Source of the DNA: Mobula hypostoma
Taxonomy: Eukaryota
DNA: 64,000 nucleotides
Direction of reading: 5' to 3'
Assembly: GCF_963921235.1 (NCBI RefSeq)
Contig: NC_086109.1
Span: 14,448,001-14,512,000 of the forward strand
This document shows positions 52,180-63,475 of this stretch, one piece after another. The translations under genes were made by a program, and so were the position numbers. The notes under the pieces were generated by a model. It did no database searches and was not told the DNA's origin. It was given only the letters and a program-made list of their open reading frames with translations. The stretch's first letter is position 1, and every line of letters starts with the position of its first letter.

Positions 52180-52860
52180 AAAAGGGCCTGGGAATACAGA
52201 TCCATAATTCCTTGAAAGTGGAATCGCAGGTAGACAGGGTAGTAAAGAGAACTCTTAGCACATTGGCCTTCATAAATCAGGGCAGGGAATGCAGGAAGTG
52301 GGATGTTATGCTGAAGATGTACCAGTTGTTGGGGAGGCCGAATTTGGAGTATTGTGAGCTGCCCAGGTCACCTACCTATGGGAGGATCTCACTAAGCTTA
52401 TTAGAGTGTAGAAAGAATATGCAAGGGTGTTACTGGGACTTAAAGATCTGAATTACAGAGACAGATTAAATAGATTGGGACTTTATTCCCTGGAGCACAA
52501 GAGAATGAGGGGAAATCATAAAGAGGTGTACAAAATTATGGGCATAGATAAGGTAAATGCATGTAGGCTTTTTCCCCCACACAGGCTGGGCAAGAATAGA
52601 ACTAGAGGTCATAGTTCAGGGTGAAAGGTGAAATACTTAAGGGGAATCTGAGGGATAACTTATTCACTCAGAGGCTAGTACAAGTGCAGAACAAACTACC
52701 AGCGGAAATGATAGACGTGGTTTAAGTGGAGTTGGATAAGAGGGCCTTGGAGGGCTAAGATCCAGGTGCAGGTAGGTGGGACTAGACAGAAGCTCAGGCT
52801 GGCATGGACTAGATGGGCTGAAAGGCTTGTTTCTGTGCTGTAATACTCTCTGATTCCATA
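52180..52860 (+). mobile_element. CR1 3' fragment
   Basis: QVDRVVKR...VMLKMYQLLGRPNLEYC; YRDRLNRLGLYSLE. Confidence 0.85.
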
Positions 52861-52890
52861 ATTTTGCACATTGTAGTTTTAGGAACCTAC

Positions 52891-52971
52891 CATTCGGTCC
52901 TGCATGGAATGCGAGGCGGTGAAGTGATATGGTTGCATTCCAGTAGGTCTTCTCTCTCCTGAGTATTCATA
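52891..52971 (-). CDS. PLEKHA6: PLEKHA6 cassette-type exon YEYSGERRPTGMQPYHFTASHSMQDRM
   Basis: tcctatcag|TAT...ATG|gtaggt; 81 nt, phase 0-0; resembles the recalled long-isoform segment YDYLGDRRP...HDKM. Not in the ORF track. Confidence 0.85.
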
Positions 52972-53629
52972 CTGATAGGAAAAATGAGAACAAGTTTCAG
53001 GTTAAAGCCAGTCCCAGCTATGAATATTTTAAAGAGAAGTTCTTCTTCAAGGTAGTGGCCCAGGGTTTTTCATATCCATTTGATTAATTTTAAACTCATT
53101 TTAGCCGCTCAGAGGAACGATGCCATCCATAAGAATGCTGTGCTCCATCAGTAGTTCCATAGAATTTCAGCCCAGATTTTTTTGTGTTCAGCTCTGGTGT
53201 GGAACTCAAAGCAAAAAGGTGACACAAACGAACATTGATAACACCAAGAAAATAAAGTTAAATCCTGGCTATATTTCCCAATGTGCTGTGAAGATGGTGC
53301 GGTGATATTCAAAGAGAAGGGATAAAATTAACTGATCAGTCACTGCAGCCTGGTTTAATGTTGTCTTTTAGTTCCAGAATAATAAAAAAAAAGAATTGCA
53401 CAATATAAAAAGGTGTATCCCTGCCACATAATGCACAGTCCAGGACAGATTTGCTTTGAAACTTAACCTCCTGGTTGGTTGTACATTCATGGAGCTGTCT
53501 TTCAACTCTGTAACAAAAAGGGGTATATTTTGGGTATCCAGAGTTTGTTCTCGAAGGCTTTTGGGACAGACACCAATATTGAACATTTAAAGGGATTCTG
53601 CTAGTTTACTTTGTTCATTCGTAAAGTGT

Positions 53630-54001
53630 TGTGTCATGTGACATGGGCAATTATGGTCTTTCCATGATCATGATTGTTCTTGGCAAATTTTTCTACAGAG
53701 GGGTTTGCCATTGCCTTCTTCTGGGTGTTCTCTTTACAAGATGCGTGACCCCTGCCAATAGCCATACACTTTAGAGATTGCCTGCCTGTGACAGTGGTTG
53801 CATAACCAGGACTTATGATATGCACCAGCTGCTCATACGACCATCCACCACCTGCTCCCACTGCTTCATGTCACCGTGATCGGGGGTGGGTGGGGGGTCT
53901 TAGGAGGTGCTACACCTTACCCAAGGGTGACCTGCAGGCTAGCGGAGGGAAGGAGTGCCTTACACCTCCTTTGGTAGAGACATATCTCCACCTCGCCACC
54001 C
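53630..54001 (-). mobile_element. RTE/BovB-related short element
   Basis: Contains gaagaaggcaatggcaaacccctctgtagaaaaatttgccaagaa, resembling the conserved RTE 5'UTR/Bov-A motif. Confidence 0.55.
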
Positions 54002-54123
54002 AAAATGGGATAAGCTAACGTTGTACACATGTAAATCTGTGAAATTGACTGTATTCAAAAAGTCTAAGTAGGTGATTATATCAAATGAAACCATAATTAA
54101 TCGTTCTTTTCTGTGCTGAAGTA

Positions 54124-54700
54124 GGGACACCATGGTAGCATAGAAGTTAGCGTGACATTATTAGAGCTCGAGGAGTCAAGAGTTTGGAGTTTAATTCCAA
54201 CACCGTCTGTAATAAGTTTGTACGTCCCTCCTGTGAGCGCATGGGCTTCCTCCGGGTGCTACAGCTTTCTTCCATGCTCCAAAGATACAGTATACCGTTC
54301 AGTAGATTAACTGGTTGTTGTAAACTGCCCTATGATTAGGCTAGGGTTAAATGGATGGGTTGCTGGGCAGTGTGGATCGTTGGGCTGGGAGGACATGATC
54401 CGTGCTGTATCTCTAAATAAACTAGGGCCGCCACAGTAGCATAGCGGTCAGTGCAACGTTATGACAGTTGGGAGTTCAATTCCGACACCGTCTGTAAGAA
54501 GTTTGTACATCCTTCCCATGAGTGCGTGGGTTTCCCCCAGGTGCTCCGGTTTCCTCCCACATTCAAAAGACGTACCAGTTGGTAGTTTAATTGGTCATTG
54601 TAAGTTGTCCCATGATTAACTTAGGGTTAAATAGGTGGGTTGCTAGGCAGTGGAGCTTGTTGAACTGGAAGGACCTGTTCCTCACACTATCTCCAAATAA
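54124..54700 (+). mobile_element. Head-to-tail dimer of tRNA-derived V-SINE-type elements (54124-54420 and 54425-54700)
   Basis: Each copy has A-box (gtagcatag), B-box (gagtt(t/c)aattcc), V-type core gtttgtac...ggtgctccggtttcctcccaca and an AT-rich tail. Confidence 0.85.
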
Positions 54701-55384
54701 GTAACGTACAAAACTTTGTGTCAGGAGGGAGAGATTTTCCTGAAGATTTGTTCAGTGAATATTTTCCAATTAGTTTCCAAGTAGCTCAGTTTTTGTCACC
54801 ACATATGCAAGCGATCAATAATTTGGGAAAATTGCTTAACCCTGCTGGAAGAATTTTTCTGAGCTTCCCAAAAATTGTTTAATGCAGATTTATTTTTAAA
54901 ATTAAATATTATGGAACAAACACAAGGCTTTGTTGAAATTGTGTGTTCCTTTCCAGAAGCTATGATAGTTGATAGTTGGCTGCTCTCGGGAAAATAAATA
55001 CTATAAAGGTATTATTAAGTCAAGCAGGTCGGCCTTGTGTTTTTTAATGGTTAAAACCTTCTATTGAGTTATTTCAAATCAAAGCAGCCCACCTTCTCTG
55101 TAACCTTTCCCCCATCACTGTTACCCTCCTACCACAGTCCTTCCCAAAGCAAACCAGAATTTATTCTCCCAAACTCCATGATACCGCTCACATTTTTTCT
55201 CTACTCATTACTATTATCAGGGAGGATGTATAGGAATTTGAGGAGCCATACTCAACATTTTAAGAACAGCTTCTTCCCCTCCGCCAACAGATTTCTGAAT
55301 GGCTCATGAACACATGAATACTACCTTGTTATTTGTGTTGTACCTTTTGTTTTGTTACTTGTAGTCTTTATGTCCTGCACTAAA

Positions 55385-55705
55385 CAAAAAATTTTCTGTA
55401 GAGCAGTAAACAGTAAAAAGCTAAATCAAATCAATATTTGGCATGACTATCCTTTGCCTTTAAAACTGCATCTAATCTCTTGGGTACACTGTTGTGCAGT
55501 TTTATAAGAAAATTGGCTGGCAGGTTGTTCCAAGCATCCAGGAGAACATGCCACAGTTCTGCAGATTTGGCTGTCTTGCTAGCTTCTGCCTCTGCAGGTA
55601 ATCGCAGACAGCCTTGATAACATTGAGATCAGGGCTCTGAGGAGGCCATACCATCTGAAACCACATTAAAAAATCTAGGGTGTCCAAGACTTTTGCACAG
55701 TACTG
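55385..55705 (-). mobile_element. Tc1-like non-autonomous fragment, one TIR visible
   Basis: TA-CAGTACTGTGCAAAAGTCTTGG terminus; WPPQSPDLN transposase motif in ORF 55502..55744. Confidence 0.78.
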
Positions 55706-55902
55706 TACGTCAGTGACAATAAACAGATTCTGATTAACTTTCATGCATTTTCCCCCTCAACCGCATCACCCTTCTGGTAATCTTCCTATCAGAAACTATC
55801 TCCCACAGATTCTACCACATTGGGGTCACATTACAGCGGGCAATTAATCTGTCAACCCAACACTGAAGATGGCATCAATAAGGTTTCAAGTCGCCATGTT
55901 AC

Positions 55903-56383
55903 CTTGGCACTGCGGGAACGACGCAGCGTGTAACCGGGGTCTCCGAGACCTTCGTCCCTTTGTGGCGGCACTCTCTCGAGCCTGCCATTGGGAGACCTCA
56001 CCGGAGAGTAGATATGGTTGACAACCAGAGGCCCCTGGGACGGCGAGCGTGGCACGGAACGTGAGCGGGGCTGGAAGGACAACCTCCGCAGGGTGCCAGC
56101 GACACCGTCGACCTCGGGAGAGTAAGGCTGCTGCACCCCGTGCCAGACGGGCGAGCCCTGCCCACTGTATGCCTGGCGTCCCTGCCAGTCCCTCATCGGG
56201 TACGAGGGCTGCTGCTCGTTGATGGACCATCGGGCCGTCATCCTGTTGTACGAGGATACAGAACAAATGCTGTCCGGACGCCCACCAGGTGCTATGAACT
56301 GGGGGTACTCTTCCTGGTAATAGGGCGAGAGAAGATTGTAGTACTCTGGCACTTCTCTGGTTGGAGTCTGGTACACCTGTGAG
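55903..56383 (-). CDS. PLEKHA6: PLEKHA6 exon (SQVYQTPTREVPEYY...RPDSICS...RRSRSAK)
   Basis: Acceptor cccttctcttcag|C, donor AAG|gtaaca; 481 nt, phase 2-0; CpG-rich coding sequence. Confidence 0.95.
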
Positions 56384-57384
56384 CTGAAGAGAAGGGAAAC
56401 AGTCAGGAGGATATCACAGTGGCTTGGAGACAAGAAAGACTGCAGATGCTGGAGACTGTAGTGACAGACAATCTGCTGGAAGCACTCAGTGACTTCGGCA
56501 GTATAAGGTCATACAGCATGGAAAAAGGCCCTACAGCCTGACAGGTCCATGCTGACAATGATGCCCATCCAAGTTAGTCCCAATTTCAGCATTTGGTCTC
56601 TAAAGCTGGGGTCAACATTATTGGTCCATGGCACATAAAAAGGTTGGGGGAACCCTGCTCTGAAGTCAAAATCAGAGTCATGCTCATTGTCATATGCACA
56701 ACTACATTGATGCAACGGTATAATAAAATACCTGTTTGCAGCATTTTCACAGGCAGATAGCATCATATAACATTTCCTATCAATATATCTACCCAACTGT
56801 TTTCAAAAAGTTGATAATGTACTTTCCTCAACCAACTTCTCTGGCAGCTCATTCCAGATACATAACTTCTGGAACGTATGTGAAATGAGCTGCCTGAAGA
56901 GTTGGTGAAGGAAGGTACAATATCAACTTCTAGAAGATAGCTGGATCGATACTGTTTGGTTGCTTTTATTTGTTTATTCATTCATTTATTTATTGAGATA
57001 CAGTGTGGAATAGGTCCTTTGAGCTGCGCTGCCCAACAGCCCCCAATTTTACCCTAGCCTATTCACAGGACAATTTACAATGACCAATAAACCTACTAAC
57101 AGGTATTATACTAACCTGTATGTCTTTGGACTGTGGGAGGAAACCAGCGCACCCGGGGTGAACCCACGCAGTCACGGGAAGAACGGACAAACTCTTTACA
57201 GGCAGTGGTGGGAATCGAACCCGGGTTACTGTTATTGAAAGGTGTTGAGCTGACCACTATGTGACCGTGCCACCCTATATGAAGCTCTCTGCCTGTGACA
57301 CTACTGCAAGAAAGTTTTTCATTAGACCAGTCCACACATCTACTTGTGTATTTGACCAAAAAACATGACTTTGATCATGAAACA

Positions 57385-58307
57385 CACATCAAAGTTGCTA
57401 GTGAACGCAGCAGGCCAGGCAACATTTCTAGGAAGAGGTACAGTCGACCTTTCAGGCCGAGACAGGACTAACTGAAGGAAGAGTTAGTAAAAGATTTGAA
57501 AGTGGGAGGGGGAGGGGGAGATCCAAAATGATAGGAGAAGACAGGAGGGGGAGGGATGGAGCCAAGAGCTGGACAGTTGATTGGCAAAGGGGATATGAGA
57601 GGATCATGGGACAGGAGGCCCAGGGAGAAAGACAAAGTGGGGGGGGGGGAACCCAGAGGATGGCAAGGGGTATAGTGAGAGGGACAGAGGGAGAAAAAGG
57701 AGAGTGAGAGAAAGAATGTGTGTATAAAAATAAATAACAGATGGGGTACGAGGGGGAGGTGGGGCAGTAGCGGAAGTTAGAGAAGTCGATGTTCATGCCA
57801 TCAGGTTGGAGGCTACCCAGACGGAATATAAGGTGTTGTTCCTCCAACCTGAGTGTGGCTTCATCTTTACAGTAGAGGAGGCCGTGGATAGACATGTCAG
57901 AATGGGAATGGGATGTGGAATTAAAATGTGTGGCCACTGGGAGATCCTGCTTTCTCTGCCGGACAGAGCGCAGGTGTTCAGCAAAGCGGTCTCCCAGTCT
58001 GCGTCGGGTCTCGCCAATATATAGAAGGCCACATCGAGAGCACCGGACGCAGTATATCACCCCAGCTGACTCACAGGTAAAGTGTCGCCTCACCTGGAAG
58101 GACTGTCTGGGGCCTGAATGGTGGTAAGGGAGGAAGTGTAAGGGTATGTGTAGCACTTGCTCCGCTTACAAGGATAAGTGCCAGGAGGGAGATCAGTGGG
58201 GAGGGATGGGGGGGACGAATGGCCAAGGGAGTCGCGTAGGAAGCGATCCCTGCGGAAAGCAGAGAGAGCGGGGGGAGGGAAAGATGTGCTTAGTGGCGGG
58301 ATCCTAC
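57385..58307 (-). mobile_element. Penelope-like retroelement, 5'-truncated: Cys-rich linker, GIY-YIG endonuclease and 3' pseudo-LTR
   Basis: ORF 57452..58156 contains VIYCVRCSRCGLLYIGETRRRLGDRFAEH...VATHFN...EQHLIFRLGSLQPDGMN (GIY-YIG with the PLE CCHH pattern); possible TSD TGAAACA at 57378-57384 and 58308-58314. Confidence 0.92.
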
Positions 58308-60765
58308 TGAAACAAGTTTAGGTTCTTACAAAACTTCTTTAAATTTGGAGCACCCAAAACATGTTTTTATACAATTGAAACAAAGTCACCACATGGTGTC
58401 TGTTAAATCATACTCTCTGCATGAAATAATTAAAATAAATTCATTTTTTATTTGATTATGGCCAGGGACATCACTCACAATTTTTTACCCCCCCCCATAG
58501 TAAAGTTCAAAGTTCAAAGTAAATTTATTATCTGATTATTTATATGTCACCAGGTACTACCCTCCTCCAAGAGGACCACAACCGTCATGAATTTGGAGGA
58601 TTATGTGCCTTGATGACCCTGAGAGCTATGTTGGCTGGAGTCAAGGCTTTATACTTTGGCTCTTTGTAGGATCACGCTTACCTACCAGGTCAAAGCGTAG
58701 AGGCCAGACTAAGAGTGGTCCTCCAGGTTCGATGGTTCAGCTCAGGCTAAGCACCCTGACTGGTAAAACAGCAACGGAGAACCCTCCTACATCTGAGTGT
58801 GAAGGTATTCCCGAGTCTCCACCCAGGACGTGCATGACTAACAGCAGTGAAAACCGAGGGGAAGGTGCTGACACGATGAAGGAAGCCCTGAACACCACCA
58901 GAGATAGAGGACTTTCACTGCTGCCCTAAACGCAGTGGCATAACAGGCAATAAGCAAGCTGATGTACTACCCTGGCATTCACATGAGAACAATGAAGTAC
59001 AACAGTATCAGTGAGAAACAACACATGAACAAAGACTGACATGCAACCCATGTGCAAAAGAAGACAAACTGAAAATACAGAAAAATATAATAAGAATAAA
59101 TGAATAATACCGAGAACATAAGACTCAATCATAGTAATGGATCTGTAGTCATGTATCAGACAGGGTAAGGACATCAGGTGTCCTTCCATGAAGGTTATTA
59201 GTGAACCAGATGGCCTTATGATAATCCAGCAGGTTACTGAGACCAGCTTCCTTGTTTTTGAAAGGCACAGTTACTTTAATAAGCTGAATCTAAATTCTCC
59301 AGCTGTCACAGTGGGATCTGAACTCAAATCTCAGGATCAATGGTGCAAACGAATGACTGCTAGCCTAGCAATGGAACATGCGTCTGTACTTTTCACTGTG
59401 TGGCTGGAAGAATTCAAGCAAAGCGTTCTGACAGGGATGGCGATGAAGAACAGACAGACTGGCCCAGTGGGTTTGAGCAGCTGCAAGAACCCCATGCTGA
59501 CTGCTCATCTTATATTGGGTCGATTCCCAGTTGAAAAGTTGCTGCAGTTTCCTCCTCTGAGCATAGCACCAAGGTCCTGTATAAGTTATATACAGGCCGT
59601 CCCTGAACTTATGGTAGCTGTGTCAAGTCAAGTTTATTGTCATTTAACTATATACATGTATACCATCAAGTGAGACTATGTTTCTCCAGACCAAGGCGTA
59701 AAGCACAGTAGTACACAAAAACACACAATAACTACATAAACAAAGATAGATAAACAAAGTGAAGTGCATAAATTAAGTATTGTAAGGTACAGACAAATTA
59801 TCCGTTGCCACTTCAAATGCGATGTGGCAGCGCAATCGCTTTATAGCAGCAGCTGTAAGATTGGGGTTCAATTCCACGGCTCTCTCTCAGAGTTTGTACG
59901 CTCTCCCCATGATTGCATGGGTTCCCTTGCGATGCTCCAGTTTCTCCCACATTCCAAGGATGCAGGGGTTGGGATTACTGGGCTATGGGAACGCTATGTT
60001 GGTGGCGGAAGCATGGCGATGCTTGCAGGCTGCCACCACGATCGGCGCTGATTTGATTTGATGCAAACATACTTCAGTGTTTGTTTCGATGCACATGTGA
60101 CAACTAAAGCTAATCTTTATCCATTTCCTGCAGTTGAATGAGCTCCCATAATACTGTTAAAAACCAAACTCCAATACACACAAACACACCTTTTTCCCTA
60201 CAATTGGCAGAACTAGTTTCCTCTCTCCCTCCATTTTTAGTTATTGTTCTTTCTTATTAGTTTTACGTGCTCTAAATGTTATTCATTATAATATTGAGGG
60301 AGGTGTGGTCACAATATCGGGTGATTTTTTTTGCACTATTTTCCATCTCATGGGCAAAATTGACTCAAGGAACCCAAATCCCAGCTGTCATGGTGGGATT
60401 TGAACTGAAATCTCTGGCTCTGGACGAATGGGCCAAATGAGTGACTGCAGGGATGTAACCTCGATGTTACAACAGCTTTTATTGTGGCTTAAAAATTCAG
60501 ATGAAGCATTCCCACAGAGACAACGATGAAAATAGAACTCATTTGCTATGCAGGGATGTCCTGTAAATTTATGTTCAAGCAAGCCTGGTGACTTAGTCAC
60601 TTACAACAGTGTAAAAATTTAAATACTTCCACTTTTACTATGCTCATATCATTCAACGTTTCACATCTTAACCATTACAACTAGGCCAGCTTTCCTCCCC
60701 CTCCTTTGGCAGGACACAAATCACCCACTACGGACAGGACGGCCCTTCTGGAACTGGCCTCTCAC

Positions 60766-61230
60766 CTCCTCAGTTCGTCCGTCGTTAATGCAGACCTGCG
60801 CATGTTAACCCACTGTTGCAGCTGAGACAGCGAGGACTGGCGCTGTGCCATTTTCTCAGTGCTGGTACGGGGAACAAATCCCCGCCGGTGCACGACATTT
60901 CCCCCCTCCTGCGGCTGGTAGCTCTCCCCAGGGGAGCCCTGCTGCCAGTGGTGCCCATTAACCTGAATGGGCCTCTCGAAGCCTGGGTGAGTTCTCAGCT
61001 CCGGAGCAGGGCTGTTGGGGTCGGAAGGCGCGTCTTGTCCTGATAGGCCGTTAACCTTGGCCACCGGCTCCTTGCCAGAATTGTTCCTGTCGCTCTTCCT
61101 GTTACTTGTTCTGTCAAACCCATCTGCCTCACTGCCAACCTTTTCCTGGTCGGGTTTGATTAATCGCTTATGATTACTCGTGTGGTTCGATTCTGAGGAA
61201 GGCTGTGTCTCAAAATTCACCCCGGTCCTG
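60766..61230 (-). CDS. PLEKHA6: PLEKHA6 exon (RTGVNFETQ...SSLSQLQQWVNMRRSALTTDELR)
   Basis: Acceptor ttctgttcag|CAG (NAGNAG), donor AG|gtgag; 465 nt, phase 2-2; conserved KMAQRQSSLSQLQQWVN. Confidence 0.93.
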
Positions 61231-61271
61231 CTGAACAGAAGGAATAAAAAAGGCAAATTAGTGCATAAATT

Positions 61272-62447
61272 CAGGAGATTCTGCAAATGCTGGAAATCTA
61301 GAGCAACACATAAAATGCTGGAGAAACTCTGCAGGTTAGGTAGCATCTTTACTTCCAGTAAGATGGCAGGGACTTCCAGTAAGATGACAGGGACTTCCAG
61401 TAAGATGGCAATGCGTTTGATCACAGCAGCTTCTACAGGGTCAACCAAGGTGTTATCGTGCTTTCTAAAGGTATTTTTTTTACAATCGCAATACCATGCT
61501 GGACAAATCTCTTACTATCTGTTCTTTCAGTTAGTCCTGACGAGGGGTCTCGGCCCAATACGTCGACTGTACCTCTTCCTAAAGCTGCTGCCTGGCCTGC
61601 TGCGTTCACCAGCATTTTTTGTGTGTGTTGCTGGACATCAAGAACTTTAAGTACTGCAATTCTACCCCATCAGCAAGTTACTAATTGGCCGTGAAACAGA
61701 AGGAGCTGGACTTGTTGCAGATCATGCTGCTGGCAGCATCAGAGAGGCATCAGGGGAGTCGGCTCACAAAGGCGGTGTGCAGTCTAACAGCAAGTGATCG
61801 CCGTAGTCGCTTTTCCAGTGATCGCAAGACCCTGTTGGACATCGTTAATGTGGAATGCTACAAGCCCTATTCACTAATTTACTGGGGGGTGGATGGGCTG
61901 GGTGGCCTTGGTTGTAGTGAGGACTGGGCCTCAAGCTGCAGTGTCACCACCTTACAGCTGCCTAGGATAGTGTGGGAGTCGGTGCACTCCACCAGAGGCA
62001 GTTTGTTGCGGCGTCCAAACTGGAGTTGGTGCTGCTCCCGCCCCCCTAGTATTCACTTGGCAGGAGACAAGCTGTTTTGTGTTCAATTGCAGACTGCTGC
62101 AACTTTTATGGACAAAGGGTCTTGGACTATATTTGTTTTGGGTGACTGTATTTTACTGATATCTTACATGTGCTATATGTGCCTTGTGCTGTGTGTGACT
62201 GCTGGTACTCTGTTTTATTCCTTGGCCCCAGAGTAATGCTGTTTTGTTTGGCACTGCTCGTGTATGGTTGAATGACAATTAACCATGAACTTGAACTTGA
62301 ATGGAAAGGAACAAATAGTCGACATTATGAACCAAGACACTTCATCATGTGCTGATGAGGGTTCTCAGCCAAAAATATCAACTGTTCGTCCTCTCTGATT
62401 GATGCTGCCTGAACTGGTGAATTCCACCAGCAGTTTATGTGTTGCTC
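61272..62447. mobile_element. Three-level nested insertion: PLE hairpin element > ~950-bp non-LTR element > PLE 3' end
   Basis: Host split at ...gtagcatct / atggaaagg... (about 61348 / 62301); middle element ends in a (TTGAAC)n tail; inner PLE end 61506-61628 flanked by TGCTGGACA repeats. Confidence 0.75.
61351..61410. repeat. 21-bp tandem repeat ACTTCCAGTAAGATG(G/A)CAGGG, ~3 copies
   Basis: Read directly from the sequence. Confidence 0.9.
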
Positions 62448-62803
62448 GTGGTTAATTTATCTATTGTGAAACTGCGCCTGAATAAACAGAAAAAAGTAAG
62501 ACAGTGCATATTTTTCAGCAATGATATAAGTGAGTAGACCTAGTCAGGGGTTCATTGATTGTTATTGTTTCTCTCTGCGTCTTGTGGCGCATTGGGCGGA
62601 TATCTTGCCCGTTTCTTTACCTCTTGCCTGTTTTTTTTTACAAGGCCGAGTTGCTAGCTCGATGCTCAACCCAGCACGGATGGAACGTGTGCAAGGAGCC
62701 AGCCAGATTCGAACCCAGGACCACTTGCCTCATAGTCCAGTGCGGATGTCACTACACCACCTGACGGCTATTTCATTGTTTGTGGCTCTGAGGTATACAT
62801 CAC

Positions 62804-62979
62804 CTGGTCAAGGGCACAGTCTGTATGCTTGCTGCTTCGTTCATTGCGTTGATCCAGTCTTCCATCTCTGACTTATTCTCCGCACTCAAGTAGTACGTCC
62901 GAATACCTGTGTGCTCAGCCTGATAATTAATGCAACGGTCATTACTGTGAATATTTTTCACCTGCCTGTTTATAATCAG
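62804..62979 (-). CDS. PLEKHA6: PLEKHA6 exon, end of PH domain: (LIINRQVKNIHSNDRCINYQ)AEHTGIRTYYLSAENKSEMEDWINAMNEAASIQTVPLT
   Basis: Two in-frame acceptors, ctctcctacag|62979 and tatcag|62919; donor AG|gtgatg after 62804 (phase 2); PH C-terminal helix with conserved Trp. Confidence 0.93.
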
Positions 62980-62985
62980 CTGTAG

Positions 62986-63006
62986 GAGAGAGAGAGAGAG
63001 AGAGAG
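62986..63006. repeat. (GA)n microsatellite forming the polypyrimidine tract of the 62979 acceptor
   Basis: Minus strand reads ctctctctctctctctctcctacag. Confidence 0.9.
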
Positions 63007-63475
63007 GAGAAGTGTCATGACATGGTCAGATCATAAGGCTGCTCCAAAAATAAAGTTAAAACAGGAAAGAATCACAGCGAGGAGACAAGGCACCACTTCA
63101 GTATGCATTCTTGGGCTATGCTGCCCACAGATGGATAATGGCATCAACTCCAGAATCGTGTGGTTCACACACTGGCATCCTTACTGGTATCCTCACTGCC
63201 ACCTTAGATCCGGCAAATGGAAAGAGCTTGGCAAACTTGGGGCCCACTTCCAATAGCCAAACAACCATGTGGTCTAACTATGACTCACGATAGTGACCTT
63301 ACACTTGTAGTCACAGACCCAACCTGTGCTGGCTTTGGCCAACATCTTGTTCCAGTAACCCCTCAAGGAGGTGTCACCTTTGGTTTCCTCCTTCAGATCA
63401 GCCGGCTCCTGATGTTAAAAAGGATCAGGACTCCTTCAGCATGTCATTAAGAAACCTACCAGTGATGCCAATCAC

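Larger units (their letters stand above)
6164..62979 (-). other. PLEKHA6: PLEKHA6 gene span, 5'-partial, 19 coding exons
   Basis: Spliced exons give one open frame (2988 nt including stop, using the 62919 acceptor). It contains motifs matching recalled human PLEKHA6: RTYYLSAE (PH end), SSLSQLQQWVNMRR, LRRLSFQPRSRSVPRSPSQG, KLLGRLCEQ, IQKELWKIQDVMEGLRK, ETPREEIARLRRM, QEQEKRIEISCALATEASRR. Confidence 0.95.

Noticed and set aside
53468..53508. Possible small exon (ttgttacag...AG|gttaag)
   Set aside because: Stop codon in the required phase 0.
53890..54001. Possible HDV-like fold (GGGUGGC/GUCACCC) at the 5' end of the RTE-related element
   Set aside because: Only one helix is convincing; P2 and J4/2 could not be assigned.
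61685..62236. 183-aa plus-strand ORF
   Set aside because: Lies within a repeat insertion; no protein motif recognised.
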